From NCBI GenBank assembly GCA_951406725.2, contig OX597823.1, forward strand, positions 26,288,001 through 26,352,000: 64,000 bases of DNA, given 5' to 3'. Positions within the stretch are counted from its first letter, which is position 1, and the number at the start of each line of letters is the position of its first letter. This DNA is from Octopus vulgaris (lineage: Eukaryota). A program made the translations under genes and the position numbers. The notes beneath the pieces are model-generated. The model saw only the letters and a list, made by a program, of their open reading frames with translations. It made no database searches and was not told the origin of the DNA. This document shows positions 1-12,679 of this stretch, one piece after another.

Positions 1-673
1 AAGAACAAAAAGAAGCATCAACAAGCAATCCACACTAACAAACATGGTTGATAAGAACTTGTGCAGATTCTATCAATTTGTTTGCTCATGAAGGAAGGCA
101 AAGAATAGAACGCTATGAAGCTGGAAAGGGAATAAGAGAAAAAGGAAAAAAAAAGAAAAAAAAAAAGAGAAGCAGACAAGAAAATCAAAAACAAACCAAA
201 ACAAACTAAACAACAAGCATTTAAAACAAATGTACACATATCAAAAAAAAAAAAAATAAAATAAAACCACAATGAGTTAACATGTTCTGAAGATTGAGAA
301 AGCTGAAAGTGAGTCAGCAGTCTAAAGAAGCTGATCGCTGTTACAGTGAAAAAGATTCCAAAATCAATGGAAGTTCTGCAAGTATTTTCAGAGGATGACC
401 TGGATCTCCAGTGCAACAACATTTGCAATCCGGACTGACTGCAAGCAAGGTGATTCATTTCTGCTGATTCCATAAAGAAGAGTATTCGAAACTGTTGAAG
501 CTCAGTTTTGTTGTAGTTTGGGCCATTCTTGCAAGCGGCAACAGCACCAGTAGCAGAAGCCAGCTCTTGCTCTATTTCCTCTTTTCCCATCTATTTCATT
601 CTCTCTCCTTCTAAAATCAAAATCATTGTCAGTTTTCAGACTTTTTCTCTCTCTCTCACCTTTATTATCACCA

Positions 674-675
<2 letters not shown>

Positions 676-704
<29 letters not shown>

Positions 705-861
705 CTTCTTCTTCTTCTTCTTCTTCTTCTTCTTCTTCTTCTTCTTCTCCTCCTCCTCCTCCTCCTCTTCCGCCTCTTCCCCCTCCTCCTTCCTCATCCT
801 CTTCCTTCTTTTCATTCACCTTTTTATTTCTTGGGTACACTTTTTCCTTAATTTAGACAAT

Positions 862-928
<67 letters not shown>

Positions 929-930
929 AC
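676..930. repeat. Compound microsatellite (TTC)n-(TCC)n followed by (AC)n
   Basis: Directly visible perfect trinucleotide run 676-770 and dinucleotide run 864-930. Confidence 0.95.
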
Positions 931-1086
931 CTGTATATCTGGTTCTTCTTGTTTCTCAATTTTCCTGTATTTTCTATCCATTATGGCAGATGCTATAATT
1001 AAAATCCTTCTTTCCCCGAATATGTATCCTTCTGGAATCATTTTCTCTGTCCATGCTTTACTTCTAAACACTATCCCTACCCCATA

Positions 1087-1134
<48 letters not shown>

Positions 1135-1214
1135 CATTTGTGTAGAAATACACATATACATATGTACATATATGTATATGTACATATGTATATACATATG
1201 TGCATATATATCAC

Positions 1215-1697
1215 TTTTACTCTTTTACTTGTTTCAGTCACTTGACTATGGCCATGCTGGAGCACTGCCTTTAGTCGAGCAAATCGACCCCAGGACTTAT
1301 TCTTTGTAAGCTTAGTACTTACACTATCGGTCTCTTTTGCCGAACTGCTAAGTTACGGGAACATAAACACACCAGCATTGGTTGTCAAGCGACGTTGGGG
1401 GGACAAGCACAGATACACAAACATATACACACACACACACATACATACATACATAAATACATATATACATACATACATACATACATACATACATTTATAT
1501 ATGTATATACATATATACATATATATATTTATACGATGGGCTTCTTTCAGTTTCTGACTACCAAATCCACTCACAAGGCTTCGGTCGGCCCGAGGCTATA
1601 GTAGAAGGCACTTGCCCAAGGTACCACACAGTGGGACTGAACCCAGAACCATGTGGTTGGTAAGCAAGCTACTTACCACACAACCACTTCTACACCC
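1215..1697 (-). mobile_element. tRNA-derived SINE with internal (TA/CA) microsatellite; abundant family
   Basis: The same head (ccttgggcaagtgtcttctactatagcc) and tail (tttacttgtttcagtca...ggccatgctggagcac) recur at about 16380-16950, 23170-23450, 32700-33060 (+), 36950-37130, 43320-43640, 46600-46870 and 49905-50300. Confidence 0.85.
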
Positions 1698-1766
1698 CTA
1701 TATATATATATATATATATACATACATACATACATATATAAATATATATACAAATATATATATATG

Positions 1767-1828
<62 letters not shown>

Positions 1829-1914
1829 TAATAATTATTTGAGGGAATATTAATCCAAACTTACAGGGAAAAAAATTCAATTTAGAAATACTAAATCAAA
1901 TTTCACACAATATA

Positions 1915-2024
1915 ATATAAAAAATTAGAAAAAAAACACCTTTTATCAATTCATTATAAGTAATTTTCTAGATGGTGTAATAATTGTTCATTTTGAATTG
2001 ATAAAAGGTGGTTTTTTTCTAATT

Positions 2025-2030
<6 letters not shown>
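1915..2030. repeat. Inverted repeat (about 38-bp arms) between (TA)n tracts
   Basis: ataaaaaattagaaaaaaaacaccttttatcaattca (1917-1953) is nearly the reverse complement of tgaattgataaaaggtggtttttttctaattttatat (1994-2030). Confidence 0.75.
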
Positions 2031-2058
<28 letters not shown>

Positions 2059-2574
2059 GTACATATATGTATATGCACATATATGTATATGTACATATGC
2101 GTGCGCACACACACACATACACACACAGAAACATAGCAGCGTGGTTTAGAAATTCTCTTTGCAACCATGTGGTTTTGGGGTTTTGCTCCTGCTGCATGGT
2201 ACAGTGGGCACATGCCTTGGGCTGACTAATGCTTTGTAAGCTAAATTGGTAGATAGACACTTTACAGAAGCCAGTTCATTTCGTGTGTGTGTGTCTAATG
2301 TGCATTTATTAATGATAGCTTTGCCTATGTTTGAGCCTCAGTGAGAAATTATGTGTCAGCCCATGATTCACCACAACAACAAATATGAAAGGAAAAGAAG
2401 TGAAAAATTGAAAGTGTGGTGCCTGAACTCACAATTTTTGAAAGCTTGTCTTCCATCTTTGAAATAACTCCTCAAGTTGCTGCATCCAGAAATTTGTTCC
2501 ATTTATTAATTAAAATCCCTGGAAGTAGTGACTCACTTTGACTCCTGTTCTGTGACTGAAACCAGTGAAAATAA

Positions 2575-2870
2575 ATGTATGCATGTATGTATGTATGCAT
2601 GTATGTATGTATGTATGTATGTATGTATGTATGTATGTATGTATGTATGTATGTATGTATGTATGTATGTATGTATGTATGTATGTATGTATGTATGTAT
2701 GTATGTATGTGTGTGTATGTATGCATTATGTGTGTATGTATGTACGTATGTATGTATGTGTGTATGTATGTACGTACGTATGTATGTATATGTGTATGTA
2801 TGTATGTATGTATGTGTGTAGGTATGCACGTACATACATATGTACACGTATGTATGTGTGTGTGTGTGAA
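2575..2870. repeat. (TATG)n microsatellite
   Basis: Directly visible; decays toward the 3' end. Confidence 0.95.
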
Positions 2871-3479
2871 TGTGTCTGGGTGTGGGTATGTGTAAGTATA
2901 CAGGCATTTACTTTTACTAGTCTATCAACAGTGTGTATACATTAAGTATGATACATAGGTGGTAGTTTTAATTAAATACTGCCTTAATTGCATATACCAG
3001 AATTATATTTTCAGCATCAGTGTATATATTATTCATTTTTTTCCTATATCAGAGACAAGGAATTCTCATCCAAACAAGAGGCTGGCTGTAAGTGTGCATC
3101 ATTGATAAAGCCCAAAGAAGCCAAAATGCATCAGGTGCTCACACAAGCTGCTGCTGAGATGAACTTCTAGATATTTATTGTGTTTTTAACAAAGCAAGTC
3201 CATAAGACATGCTATCTCAAGAACAAACTGCAGTAACTGGTCAGTAGACAGCGTGTACAGGATTAAGTATGGTACATAGACTGCGCTTTTGTATGCGTGC
3301 GTGCATGTGTGTGTGTATATGCATACATAGATTTCCCCTTTTTTGGTGGGGTTCATTGGTACATCATGCTACCTGGTTTAACACCACCACCTGGCCCAGG
3401 GGTGCTTAAATTTGCTTCAAACTGCCAATCCTGTTCCTTTCATTGCTCTGAAATATTACAACTCAGAGCTTGCCCCTAT

Positions 3480-4280
3480 ACTTACCAAAATCTTCAAGCC
3501 CTCCTGTTTTTTACAGAATCTATACTGATCTTTGAAAACACACTTCACTGTTTCCCTTTTCCGATCCTACCAGCTATCCATTCTATTACTCTCACCTCCA
3601 ACATCTCCAAGGTAATAGGGACAGCCACTAACAATAATGTTTGTCAACACCTTGAACCTTTCTTTCCCCATTACTGTCACTAGTATGGCTTCAGTAGAGC
3701 TACATCCTCTGGAGTGACCTCATACTCTTATATCACCTACCAGCGGGCTCCCACTGATGAAAAATTCAGTGCCAGCAAAGCTCTTGACTGTATCTACTAT
3801 GGGAATTTCCTATTGAAATTTTCTTCCAAACAAGCTGTATCTGCCTCTTTTCTCTTGGATTGGTACCTTTTTGTCTAATCACACCATCATAATATGTGTT
3901 GACAGTATTTTCTATCTCATGTTCAATCAACTCTGGTGTGTCCCAGCTTTCAGTGTTGTCCTCCACTCCCTTCCTTCAATATATACTGATCTTCTTACCA
4001 TCACATCTAATAGCATCCACTCTTATATAGATGATGCAATCCTTCATTCCTTTCTAATCTTCTCCAACCACACATCATCCAAGCATAATCTAAACACTAT
4101 ATGTTAAACCTTTACTGATTCAATGAAGCGAGACCTAAAGAACATCTTCTGGCCAGGCCATACAAACCTTGTTTTTTTTCAACAGCACAAAAAAAAAAAA
4201 AATTACCCCAAAACACAAGCACTACTTGTATCAAGGAAACATTGTCATACCACACTCCTCTTCAATGTAAGTAGCACTCA
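3480..4280 (+). pseudogene. Highly degenerate LINE reverse transcriptase remnant (CR1/Jockey-like)
   Basis: Reading across frames gives GVP..SV...L..IYTDLLTITSNSIHSYIDDAILHS, resembling the GVPQGSVL...YADD RT core; many stops and frameshifts. Confidence 0.55.
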
Positions 4281-7200
4281 ACTATTTATATATCCATATT
4301 GTCAGCTATTTGTTTTGAAAATTTTGTTTCAGACTGCAACGTTGGTGATTCCCAAAGTCTACCGTTTAAAACAGAAATCCAAAGAAAGGTTTGGATAAAA
4401 GGAATAATAATAAATGAGTTACAGGATGATGATGCTTATTTTAAAATTCTGTTGTTCAATAATTTTGTGCTCATAGACTTGCACTTCCCTAATACAAAAT
4501 TACTTAAATTTGCTGTAAATAATGATGGTGGAGCACCACTTGAAAATGTCTTCATTTTTGTGTTGATGTCACGTTAAAAGCACTGGTGCTAATGCCACAT
4601 TAAAAGCACTGGTGCAGGTGCTACATTAAAAGCATTCATACCAGTGCCATGTTAAAAGCACTGGGGCTGGTGCCACATAAAAAGTGCCCAGTACACTCTG
4701 TGGAATGCTTGACATTTGGAAGGACATCCAAATGTAGAAACCAAGCTAGAACAGACAATGGAGCCTGGTGTGACTCCCGGCCTTACCAGCTCCAGTCAAA
4801 CCGTCCAACCCATGCAAGAATGGACAATGGATGTTAGATGGTAATGATGATGATGATATTATTGCTAAAGTGTTATCATAATTGAATTATTTAAAGTTAT
4901 TTTACCTGATATCTATGCATTTGATGTAGAGCTTGATCTGTTAGATATTGCAGCAGAATCTCCCTTTGACCACGCCCGCCTTACTTAAACAACAACACAA
5001 CCATGGACAACAACAACAAAAAATCTTAAACAATCTGAATCAATCAAATCCTCCCACATTAAATAACAATTGCACAATAATAATTTAACAACAAAAACAC
5101 AAGCATGAACAACAATAACAGAATAAAAAAAAATTGTAATTAAAAAATAAGACGTATGACAAACAAACAATGACATGAACAACAATGCAAAACAAATTAG
5201 CAATAACACAAATAGAAGTAAACAAAGAACGAATAGATACAAAGAAGGAGACAGGAAGTATACAAGACTGGTGGTTAGTAGTCTGATTTGATTGAGAAGG
5301 GATCACAGACGACATGATGAAGTATTAAAAATTGACCTTAAAAGTCAAATTTTTATGAAACTATAATAAAACTAGATTTTACTATTCATTTTAGACTGGA
5401 CAGAAAGGTTGATGGAGTAAAATTTACATAGTGTTATACTAATATTTAATTGTCTCTTTCTCCATTATTTATTTGCCTGTATCAATGTTGAAAAGAAAAA
5501 AATAATGAAAACAGCTGCCCTGAAGAAGATGAATGAATAAACTCTGTTTTGAGAATATCATAATCATCGTTGACAGCATCAGCAGCGTTGGCATCAGTGT
5601 CATTGGTTAATGTCAATGATTCATGCTTGTGTGGGTTGGATAGTGTGACAGGATCTGATAAGTCCAAGGACTGTATCATGTGTCTGCTTTGATATGGTTT
5701 CTTTGACTGGATGCCCCTTCTAAAACCAACGACTTTACAATATACACTGGGTACTTTTTTCCATTCCACTGGTACTACTGAAGTGACCAGGCAGCTTGCA
5801 AGACTATGACACCTGAGGTGATGGATAGGGATAGCATTAGGTGAGGAGATGAGAGATTAAAGTATGAGAGAAGGCAGATGGCAAGCAAGTTCTTTACAGG
5901 AGCTACATGGCTACTCCCATTTCAAAAGGAAGGTGAAAATGCTCAATAGGGAGCTGCAAAATGATAAATATAAATAATGATGATGAGGTACTGAGGTGGT
6001 TTCTCAAGGTTCGTAGAGAGTAGAAGTGAGTGGGAACAAAGGAGCTAGGAATGTGTTTTATATGCATGGTGTTAGGAAGGGCATCCAGCCATAGAAACCA
6101 TACCAAATCAGACTGGAGTCTAGTGAAGTCCCTCGAGTTGCCACCCCTGGTCAAACCGTCCAACCCATGGATGTTAACTGATGATGATGATGATGTATAT
6201 AGTATATATCATCAGTTTGCATCCACTTTCCATGCTGGCACGGCTTGGATGAGTTTTTATGTCCTGAGTCTATTATATTTAAAGTTATTTCTTTCCTAGA
6301 AACATTGGAGGATCATGTCTTGCTCATACAGTTCATTTTTGGTTTGTACCAGGTACATTTTTTATTATGATTTTGACATTAGTGGGAATGCCTTGCATCA
6401 TATAAAGCTTGAGTGTTCTCACTGCTCTATGATGTCATCATACACTCATAGTGATGTATCCAAGAATGTGAATAGAAGAGAGGGTGACTGAAGGTGGTTG
6501 GTGGTGGTTCAGGGTAAGAGTGAGTGATGGATCTCAGAAGCAAGTGGTTCAGGAGAGATGAAGTGATGACTGACAATACTGAAAGAGTAAAGGGAGGTAA
6601 TATTGGGTCCTGCCTTCATGAATTGCACCAACAGAATAATAGTACAGCAACTAGAAAGAGAGAATTGATGGAGGGAAGATGAATGAAGGACAGAAGAATG
6701 AATCAGTGACATGAGTAATTGGGAGATGAGTGATATAAAGACAAAAGTGTATGAAAGAGTGGAGAGTTGGTGGGTGTTGGCTTGACAAGTATATATCAGG
6801 TGAGAGACCCAAATATGTGCACAGACATATATATGTACACATATTATGCCATTCTATCTCCATCACTACCATAATTTTCAACATTGGTTTCTCCATGCTT
6901 GCATAGATGGTTGGGTCTTCTGCAACGCTTCACATCTCCAACTAATATGGTTCTTTGTTATTTCTTCAATGAGGTTCAGCATCATGAAATCTACCTCAAT
7001 TCATTGCATATGTCCCTGAGTCTTCCTCTTCCTTAGGTTCTACCTAATTTCAACACCCTGCAGCTGTTAACTTCCATATGCATCACATCTTTATACTAAA
7101 TCCTAGGGCAGTCTTCTTTTTCATATGCTACATTAGATTCCTTGTATATGCAATTTTTCTAATTTCATTTGAATTAGATTGTTCTTACACACTAAAATTA

Positions 7201-7609
7201 TACATTCAGCCAGGCATGCTGGCTTCGTTTCTTTGTAGTCATTGTAGGCCCCTTGCATACAGAGTTTATTTCTTACTCCCTTGCAGTTCATACACAAATT
7301 TCATACAATCTGCCTTTTACACTGAGAGAAACAATGTTACCAACAGCAAAAGCAATAGCTTCCTGATCTCTCCAGCTTGTTCTTACTCTGACTACTACAG
7401 TTTGGGAGCAACCACATCTACTGATAATTATGTTACTTATATATCAGTAGTTATCAGCTATTTTTAAATCGTAGGGAACCTTCTGGGCATTTGAGAGAAT
7501 GTATTTCCTGTGTACTCTTAGTGTCTGTTGCCTCTGTACATTTGTCACATGAAAAGATTGCTTTCTCCATTAATCTGCCTGTGATTCCACAGCACCTCAT
7601 AGTTATAGA

Positions 7610-7725
7610 AACAGCGATTAGGAAGAGAATTAGCCTAGATTAGATGCAATTTGGCTTTGTGCCAGGAAGAAGTACTACCAAAGCCAGCTTCCTAGTGAGA
7701 AAACTGCAAGAGAAGTACTTAGCTA
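7610..7725 (+). pseudogene. RTE-clade LINE RT fragment
   Basis: MQFGFVPGRSTTKASFLVRKLQEKYLA matches the RTE RT motif QFGF.PGRSTTDAIF.VRQLQEK; a second copy lies at about 44310-44400. Confidence 0.75.
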
Positions 7726-8029
7726 ATGTGTGTGCATGTGTGTGTGTGAATAGTAGCCAAATTTCCCTCAAATCACACTCACCTATCTTACAAAAGGAGA
7801 GAACACATTGGACAATGCAGTTCTAAATATACAAAAAGATGAGATTACATACATATGATATGCAACAAAAGAATACAACAATGTTGTGCATAACAGTCTT
7901 CCTTTATTAAAAAAATAGGATTGACTCATTCATTTTGCTCAAGGGAACTATTTTCTGTTGTTTTTTTATTTTTGTTCTTTTTATTTTTGGTTTCGAATTG
8001 TTACAGACAAGTAAATAATAATAATAAAG

Positions 8030-8613
8030 CAAATAGAACGTTCACTCCCAAATATTGTTATTATCAATAAAGAGGCAAAAGTGTGTTGCTTCATCAATGG
8101 TGCTTGTCCTTTTGATGCAAGGCTGTTAGAAAAAGAATGTGAGAACATAGAAAATACCAATATCTAAACACACTGCAAATAATTTAGAATTGCCTTAAAG
8201 TTATTGATATCCAAATTGTAATAGGAACTGTTGCTGAAAGTTTGAATGGTCAGATGAGGTTGTTGGATATCAAGATGAATTTCCTGACTCTACAGTAATC
8301 ATGTTTGTTTGGTACAGTGAGGACTGTCATAAAGGTGCTAGTTTTCTAATTTTCTAATGTTGTGGGATACAATTTGATACCTGATGATCCAAAACCAGCA
8401 GGAGAACAATGAAATAATGAGGGGATGAAATGATAATAATCATAAAAGTAATAGAACTGTTACAAAAGGTTTGTCTCCTTGGCATGACCAGAATAATCAG
8501 CAAAGTATTAGATAGCTGAAAAGAATGGATAATATGGTACCGTAGGCTGTAGGTAGCAAGCCCACTGCACATGCAAGACTCCGGGAGCTCCAACAAAACT
8601 TGTGATAAAAAGA
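8030..8613 (+). mobile_element. Two degenerate 3' fragments of R4/Dong-type non-LTR retrotransposons
   Basis: Remnants of the restriction-like endonuclease (PNIVIINKEAKVCCFI..ACPFD) and a C-terminus (LLQKVCLLGMTRIISKVL*), ending at an (AAT)n tract. Confidence 0.6.

Positions 8614-8678
<65 letters not shown>
8614..8678. repeat. (AAT)n microsatellite
   Basis: Directly visible; similar tracts at 9600-9668, 10972-11009, 11293-11403 and 12397-12461. Confidence 0.95.
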
Positions 8679-8680
<2 letters not shown>

Positions 8681-9560
8681 GAGCTGGACAATATCTTGCA
8701 CAAAGAAATGAAAGACATCACTGCATATTTCAAGTGCCTCAAACTATTCTTGAAATCAAAACTCAACTCAAGGAACCTTGTGACTGCCATCAACATATGG
8801 GCTGTTGCTGTAGTCTACTATAGTGCACCCGTCCTGAGATGGACACAAATGGAGATTGACCAACTCGATCACATTACACGAAAGACAATGACAATGCATG
8901 GTGCCCTCCACCCTAAGGCAAATGTACACAGGCTCTGTATGAAGAGAGGTAAAGGTGGATGTGGGCTGAATAGCATACAGGAGTGAATCAACAGTGAAAG
9001 ACAAAACATGCCAAAATATTTGGTAAACAGCAAACAAGACCTGTTACAGTATGCTGCTGGTGCAGAAGGAATTAGCAAAAATGAACTTGAGAGTGCTCCT
9101 GAATTCCAATGAAGAACAGCCAATGAGAGAGAAGGAACTCTACTCCTATGGAATTACATGGTCAGTTCCACTGTGAAACCAACAAATTAAAAGACCAGGA
9201 AGCATGGAGGTAGCTCAACAAGGGTGACCTAAAAAAGAAGACTAAAAGCCTAATCATCACTGCCCAGGACCAGGCATTGAATACCAACACAGTGAAAAAG
9301 AATATACACCACACAAGTGCATCGGACCTCTGCAGAATGTGTGGGAAGAGGGTCGAAAGCCTGACTTACATTGTTAGTGCTTGTGAAAGTCTTGTGCAGA
9401 AAGAGTACAAGCTTAGACATGACAAGGTACCCCAAAACCTCCACTGGCTACTATGCCGTAAGTATGGATATGAGGTTACAGGTGCTTGGTACCAACATAC
9501 ACCAGAAAAGGTAATGGACGAAAAGAGGAAGGCAAAATTCCTCTGGGACTACCCACATAA
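8678..9560 (+). pseudogene. Degenerate R4/Dong-type non-LTR retrotransposon ORF fragment (RT thumb to zinc knuckle)
   Basis: KLNSRNLVTAINIWAV...HPKANVHRLCMKRGKGGCGL, then AQDQALNT...CRMCGKRVESLTYIVSACESLVQKEYKLRHDKV; several in-frame stops. Confidence 0.85.
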
Positions 9561-9668
9561 ATTCAATCAAGAATAAGAACGAACCCGAGTCAAATCACAA
9601 ATAATAATAATAACAACAACAACAACATCAATAATAATAATAATCGTAATAATAATGATAATAATAAT

Positions 9669-10971
9669 AGCTGCTGAGTTGTAATAGGATGCACCACCCA
9701 AAGGCAGACGTAGATCGCCTTTACCTTCCCAGAGCCCAAGGAGGTCAAGGCCTGATCCAATTTGAACTAGCTTACAAAACAACCACAATTGGACTGGCCA
9801 AATATCTCGAAATATATTGAATGACTGGATGCTAAAGCTCGTGGAAAATCACGAGAGACGAAAGAAGCTTCATTCTATTATAAAGGAAAGCAAAAAATTT
9901 GCTATTGATCTCGTGCAGGATACCCAAACAGAACAACCCGAGGGAAGTACGGCAATTATTGTTGCAAAGAAGGTGAAAATAATGGCAACGAAAAAAGCGC
10001 ACGAGCAATTGGCTGATAGGTGGGAGGAGAAACCTCTGCACGGCAAATATGTGACCCGCAGCAAACAAGCTGATGTTGACCAGAAGCAAACCCATCAGTG
10101 GCTACGGAGCTCAGGGCTAAAAGCAGAGAGTGAAGGTTTCATCCTGGCTGCTCAAGATCAAAGCCTATTAACCCGGAACTACCAGGCCAATGTGATGAAA
10201 AATGGAGCAGACCCAAAATGCCGATTCTGCAACGACATGATTGAAACAGTGGACCACCTAATCTCTGGATGTAAAGTCTTAGCTCCAGTGGAGTATAAAT
10301 TAAGACATGACAGAGTTGGCCAATATCTACACTGGCTAATAAGTCGGCATTACAATATCAAAACTGCTGACAAGTGGTATAATCACCACCCTGAGGCTGT
10401 AACTGAAGGAGAAAATGTAACCATTCTGTGGGACTTTCCAGTACATACAGACCGAACCATCAAGGCCAATAAACCAGATATTGTTGTGAAAGACCAAAAC
10501 AATAAAGTTTGCTTATTGATCGACATGAGCATCCCCTGTGATCATAATATCTCAGCGAAAGAGTTTGACAAGCTCAGAAAATATAAAGACCTACTCATTG
10601 AAATTGAGAAAATGTGGCATCTCAAGGCGGTTACAATACCAGTGATCGTAGGAGCACTAGGAATGATCAAGAAGGGAACCGAAAATTATATGAGAATGAT
10701 CCCTGGCTTACCATCCCTGCAAGAAGTGCAAAAGATTGTCTTAACTGGTACATCACACGTATTGAGAAGAGCATTGTCGATGTGAGAACTGTTGCTGCTC
10801 ATGTATTTTAATTTAACTTAAAAAAAAAAATAAATAAAAAATAAAAAAAATGAACAAACTATTGAGTTTGGTTTAATGGCCTACCAATGTATACTATGAG
10901 TTTCTTTGCCCTAGGAGTCGGGAAGACACTCGGCAAGAAATGGAAGCAAATTTGAAAGAAGAAAAAAAAAA
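9669..10971 (+). mobile_element. 5'-truncated R4/Dong-type (RLE) non-LTR retrotransposon flanked by (TAA)n
   Basis: Starts with MHHPKADVDRLYLPRAQGGQGLI, frameshifts into ORF 9817-10785, then has a ~190-bp 3' UTR ending at (TAA)n. Confidence 0.9.
9817..10785 (+). CDS. C-terminal part of an R4/Dong-type retrotransposon protein: CCHC zinc knuckle plus PD-(D/E)xK restriction-like endonuclease
   Basis: 322-aa open frame with AAQDQSL, CRFC...ETVDHLISGC, RHD, LWDF, KPDIVV...LIDMS, K..KY.DL and PVIVGALG motifs. Confidence 0.9.
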   Translation: MNDWMLKLVENHERRKKLHSIIKESKKFAIDLVQDTQTEQPEGSTAIIVAKKVKIMATKKAHEQLADRWEEKPLHGKYVTRSKQADVDQKQTHQWLRSSGLKAESEGFILAAQDQSLLTRNYQANVMKNGADPKCRFCNDMIETVDHLISGCKVLAPVEYKLRHDRVGQYLHWLISRHYNIKTADKWYNHHPEAVTEGENVTILWDFPVHTDRTIKANKPDIVVKDQNNKVCLLIDMSIPCDHNISAKEFDKLRKYKDLLIEIEKMWHLKAVTIPVIVGALGMIKKGTENYMRMIPGLPSLQEVQKIVLTGTSHVLRRALSM

Positions 10972-10974
10972 GTA

Positions 10975-11009
<35 letters not shown>

Positions 11010-11308
11010 AGCTCAGATATCAGGAAACCCCAAAATGGCAAAAATTCAAAAGATAGTGCTCATGGGAACTGCCCATATCCTACGTAAAATACTGTCTATG
11101 TAATTTCAGATTTCAAAACAAACATAATTTTCTTATGGATTCTTGGACATTCTCTAGAACAACACTATGTACAAAACCAAATATATGACACCCTAGGCAT
11201 AACACTAACATGAACTTCTAACTTGTCTCTTGAGGTCTCTGGGTGAGACTTAGAGCCAACTTGTACAAATACAAAGCAAAAGTCAAACATAAAATAATAA
11301 TAATGATA

Positions 11309-11387
<79 letters not shown>

Positions 11388-12396
11388 TAATAATAATAAT
11401 AATGGTTTCAAATTTTGGCTCAAGGCCAGTGGTTTTGAGCAAGAAGAATAGTAAAATACATCAACCCAGTTATCAATTGGTATTTATTTTATCAACCCCA
11501 GGAGGATGAAAAACAAGGTCAACCTTGGCAGAATTTGAACTCAGAATGTTAAGTCAGAAGAAATACTGTTAAACATTTTGTTTAGCATGCTAATGATTCA
11601 TATTTCTTTATCGGCCACAAGGGGCTAAACATAGAGGGGACAAAGACAGACAAAGGGATGAAGTCAATTACATTGACCCTAGTGCAGAACTGGTACTTAA
11701 TTTATCGAACACCAAAAGGATGAAAGGCAAAGTTGACCTCGGCAGAACTTAAACTCAGAACATAAAGACAGACGAAATACTGCTAAGTATTTTGCTCAGC
11801 GTGCTAATGATTCTGCCATCTCACCGCCTTTTCCAGCTCACCGCCTGGATTCTGCTAGTGATCTAAGTGCAGACATGACTGTGTAGGCAAACAATTGCAT
11901 TAGGATGTTAGATGAGTGTGTGACTTCAAAACAATAGAAAAGTGGTGTGAACATGAAACAAAAGCTATGATAGAAAATGAGAATTACATAATCTTGTGGG
12001 ACTTCACCATACGTTTGAGGCAAGAAGACCAAACATGATTATAGAGGACAAAATAAACAGTGTAAGATCATAGTGTAATTTCCTATGATAGCAGGGTCAA
12101 TACCAAAGAAAATAAAGAAATTGAGAAATATCGGGATTTTGTCAGAGAGCTTGAGGAGACTATGGAAGACCAAGACAACAATTATTTCTGTAGTAATCAG
12201 TGCACTTGGCACAACACCCAAAATGTTGCCTAAAAAAACTGAAGAAAATTGGAATTGAAACTTGTATTGTTGGCCTGCAGAGAACTACTGTCCTATATTC
12301 TGCAAGAATCCTAAGAAATATTCCTGAGATTTGAGGAGACTTGTCACCAAACCTCAAGATAAAATAACTGCTAACTAAATTAGCATATCCTAGCGA
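11010..12396 (+). mobile_element. Further R4/Dong-type 3' fragments interleaved with SINEs
   Basis: KIQKIVLMGTAHILRKILSM* at 11040-11103 plus UTR up to (TAA)n; a second decayed endonuclease tail at about 11870-12396; minus-strand SINE pieces at 11405-11830. Confidence 0.7.
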
Positions 12397-12462
<66 letters not shown>

Positions 12463-12679
12463 CCTTTCTACTATAAGCACAAAGGCAGCAATTTTGGGGA
12501 AGGGGGTTAAGTCAATTATATCAACCCCAGTATGCAACTGGTACTTAATTTATCGACCCTGAAAGGATGAAAGGCAAAGTCAATCTCGGTTGAATTTGAG
12601 CTCAGAACGTAGCAGCAGATGAAATACAGCTAAGCATTTCACCCAACGTGCTAATGATACTGCCAGCTTACTGCCTAAT

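Noticed and set aside
287-320. CTGAAGA...GAAA...GTC hammerhead-like spacing
   Set aside because: No helix I or II complementarity. Similar chance matches at about 20900-20930 (-), 39816-39845 and 59415-59445 (-) were rejected for the same reason.
18-590. 190-aa minus-strand ORF
   Set aside because: The C-terminal half is a T-rich low-complexity tract and no domain is recognisable; kept only as a possible non-coding exon region.
502-2945. Many ORFs rich in YI/HT/CMYV or poly-E/F/S
   Set aside because: Translations of microsatellites with no coding signal; the same applies to similar ORFs at 8.3-8.8, 11.2, 16.5, 33.0 and 35.5 kb.
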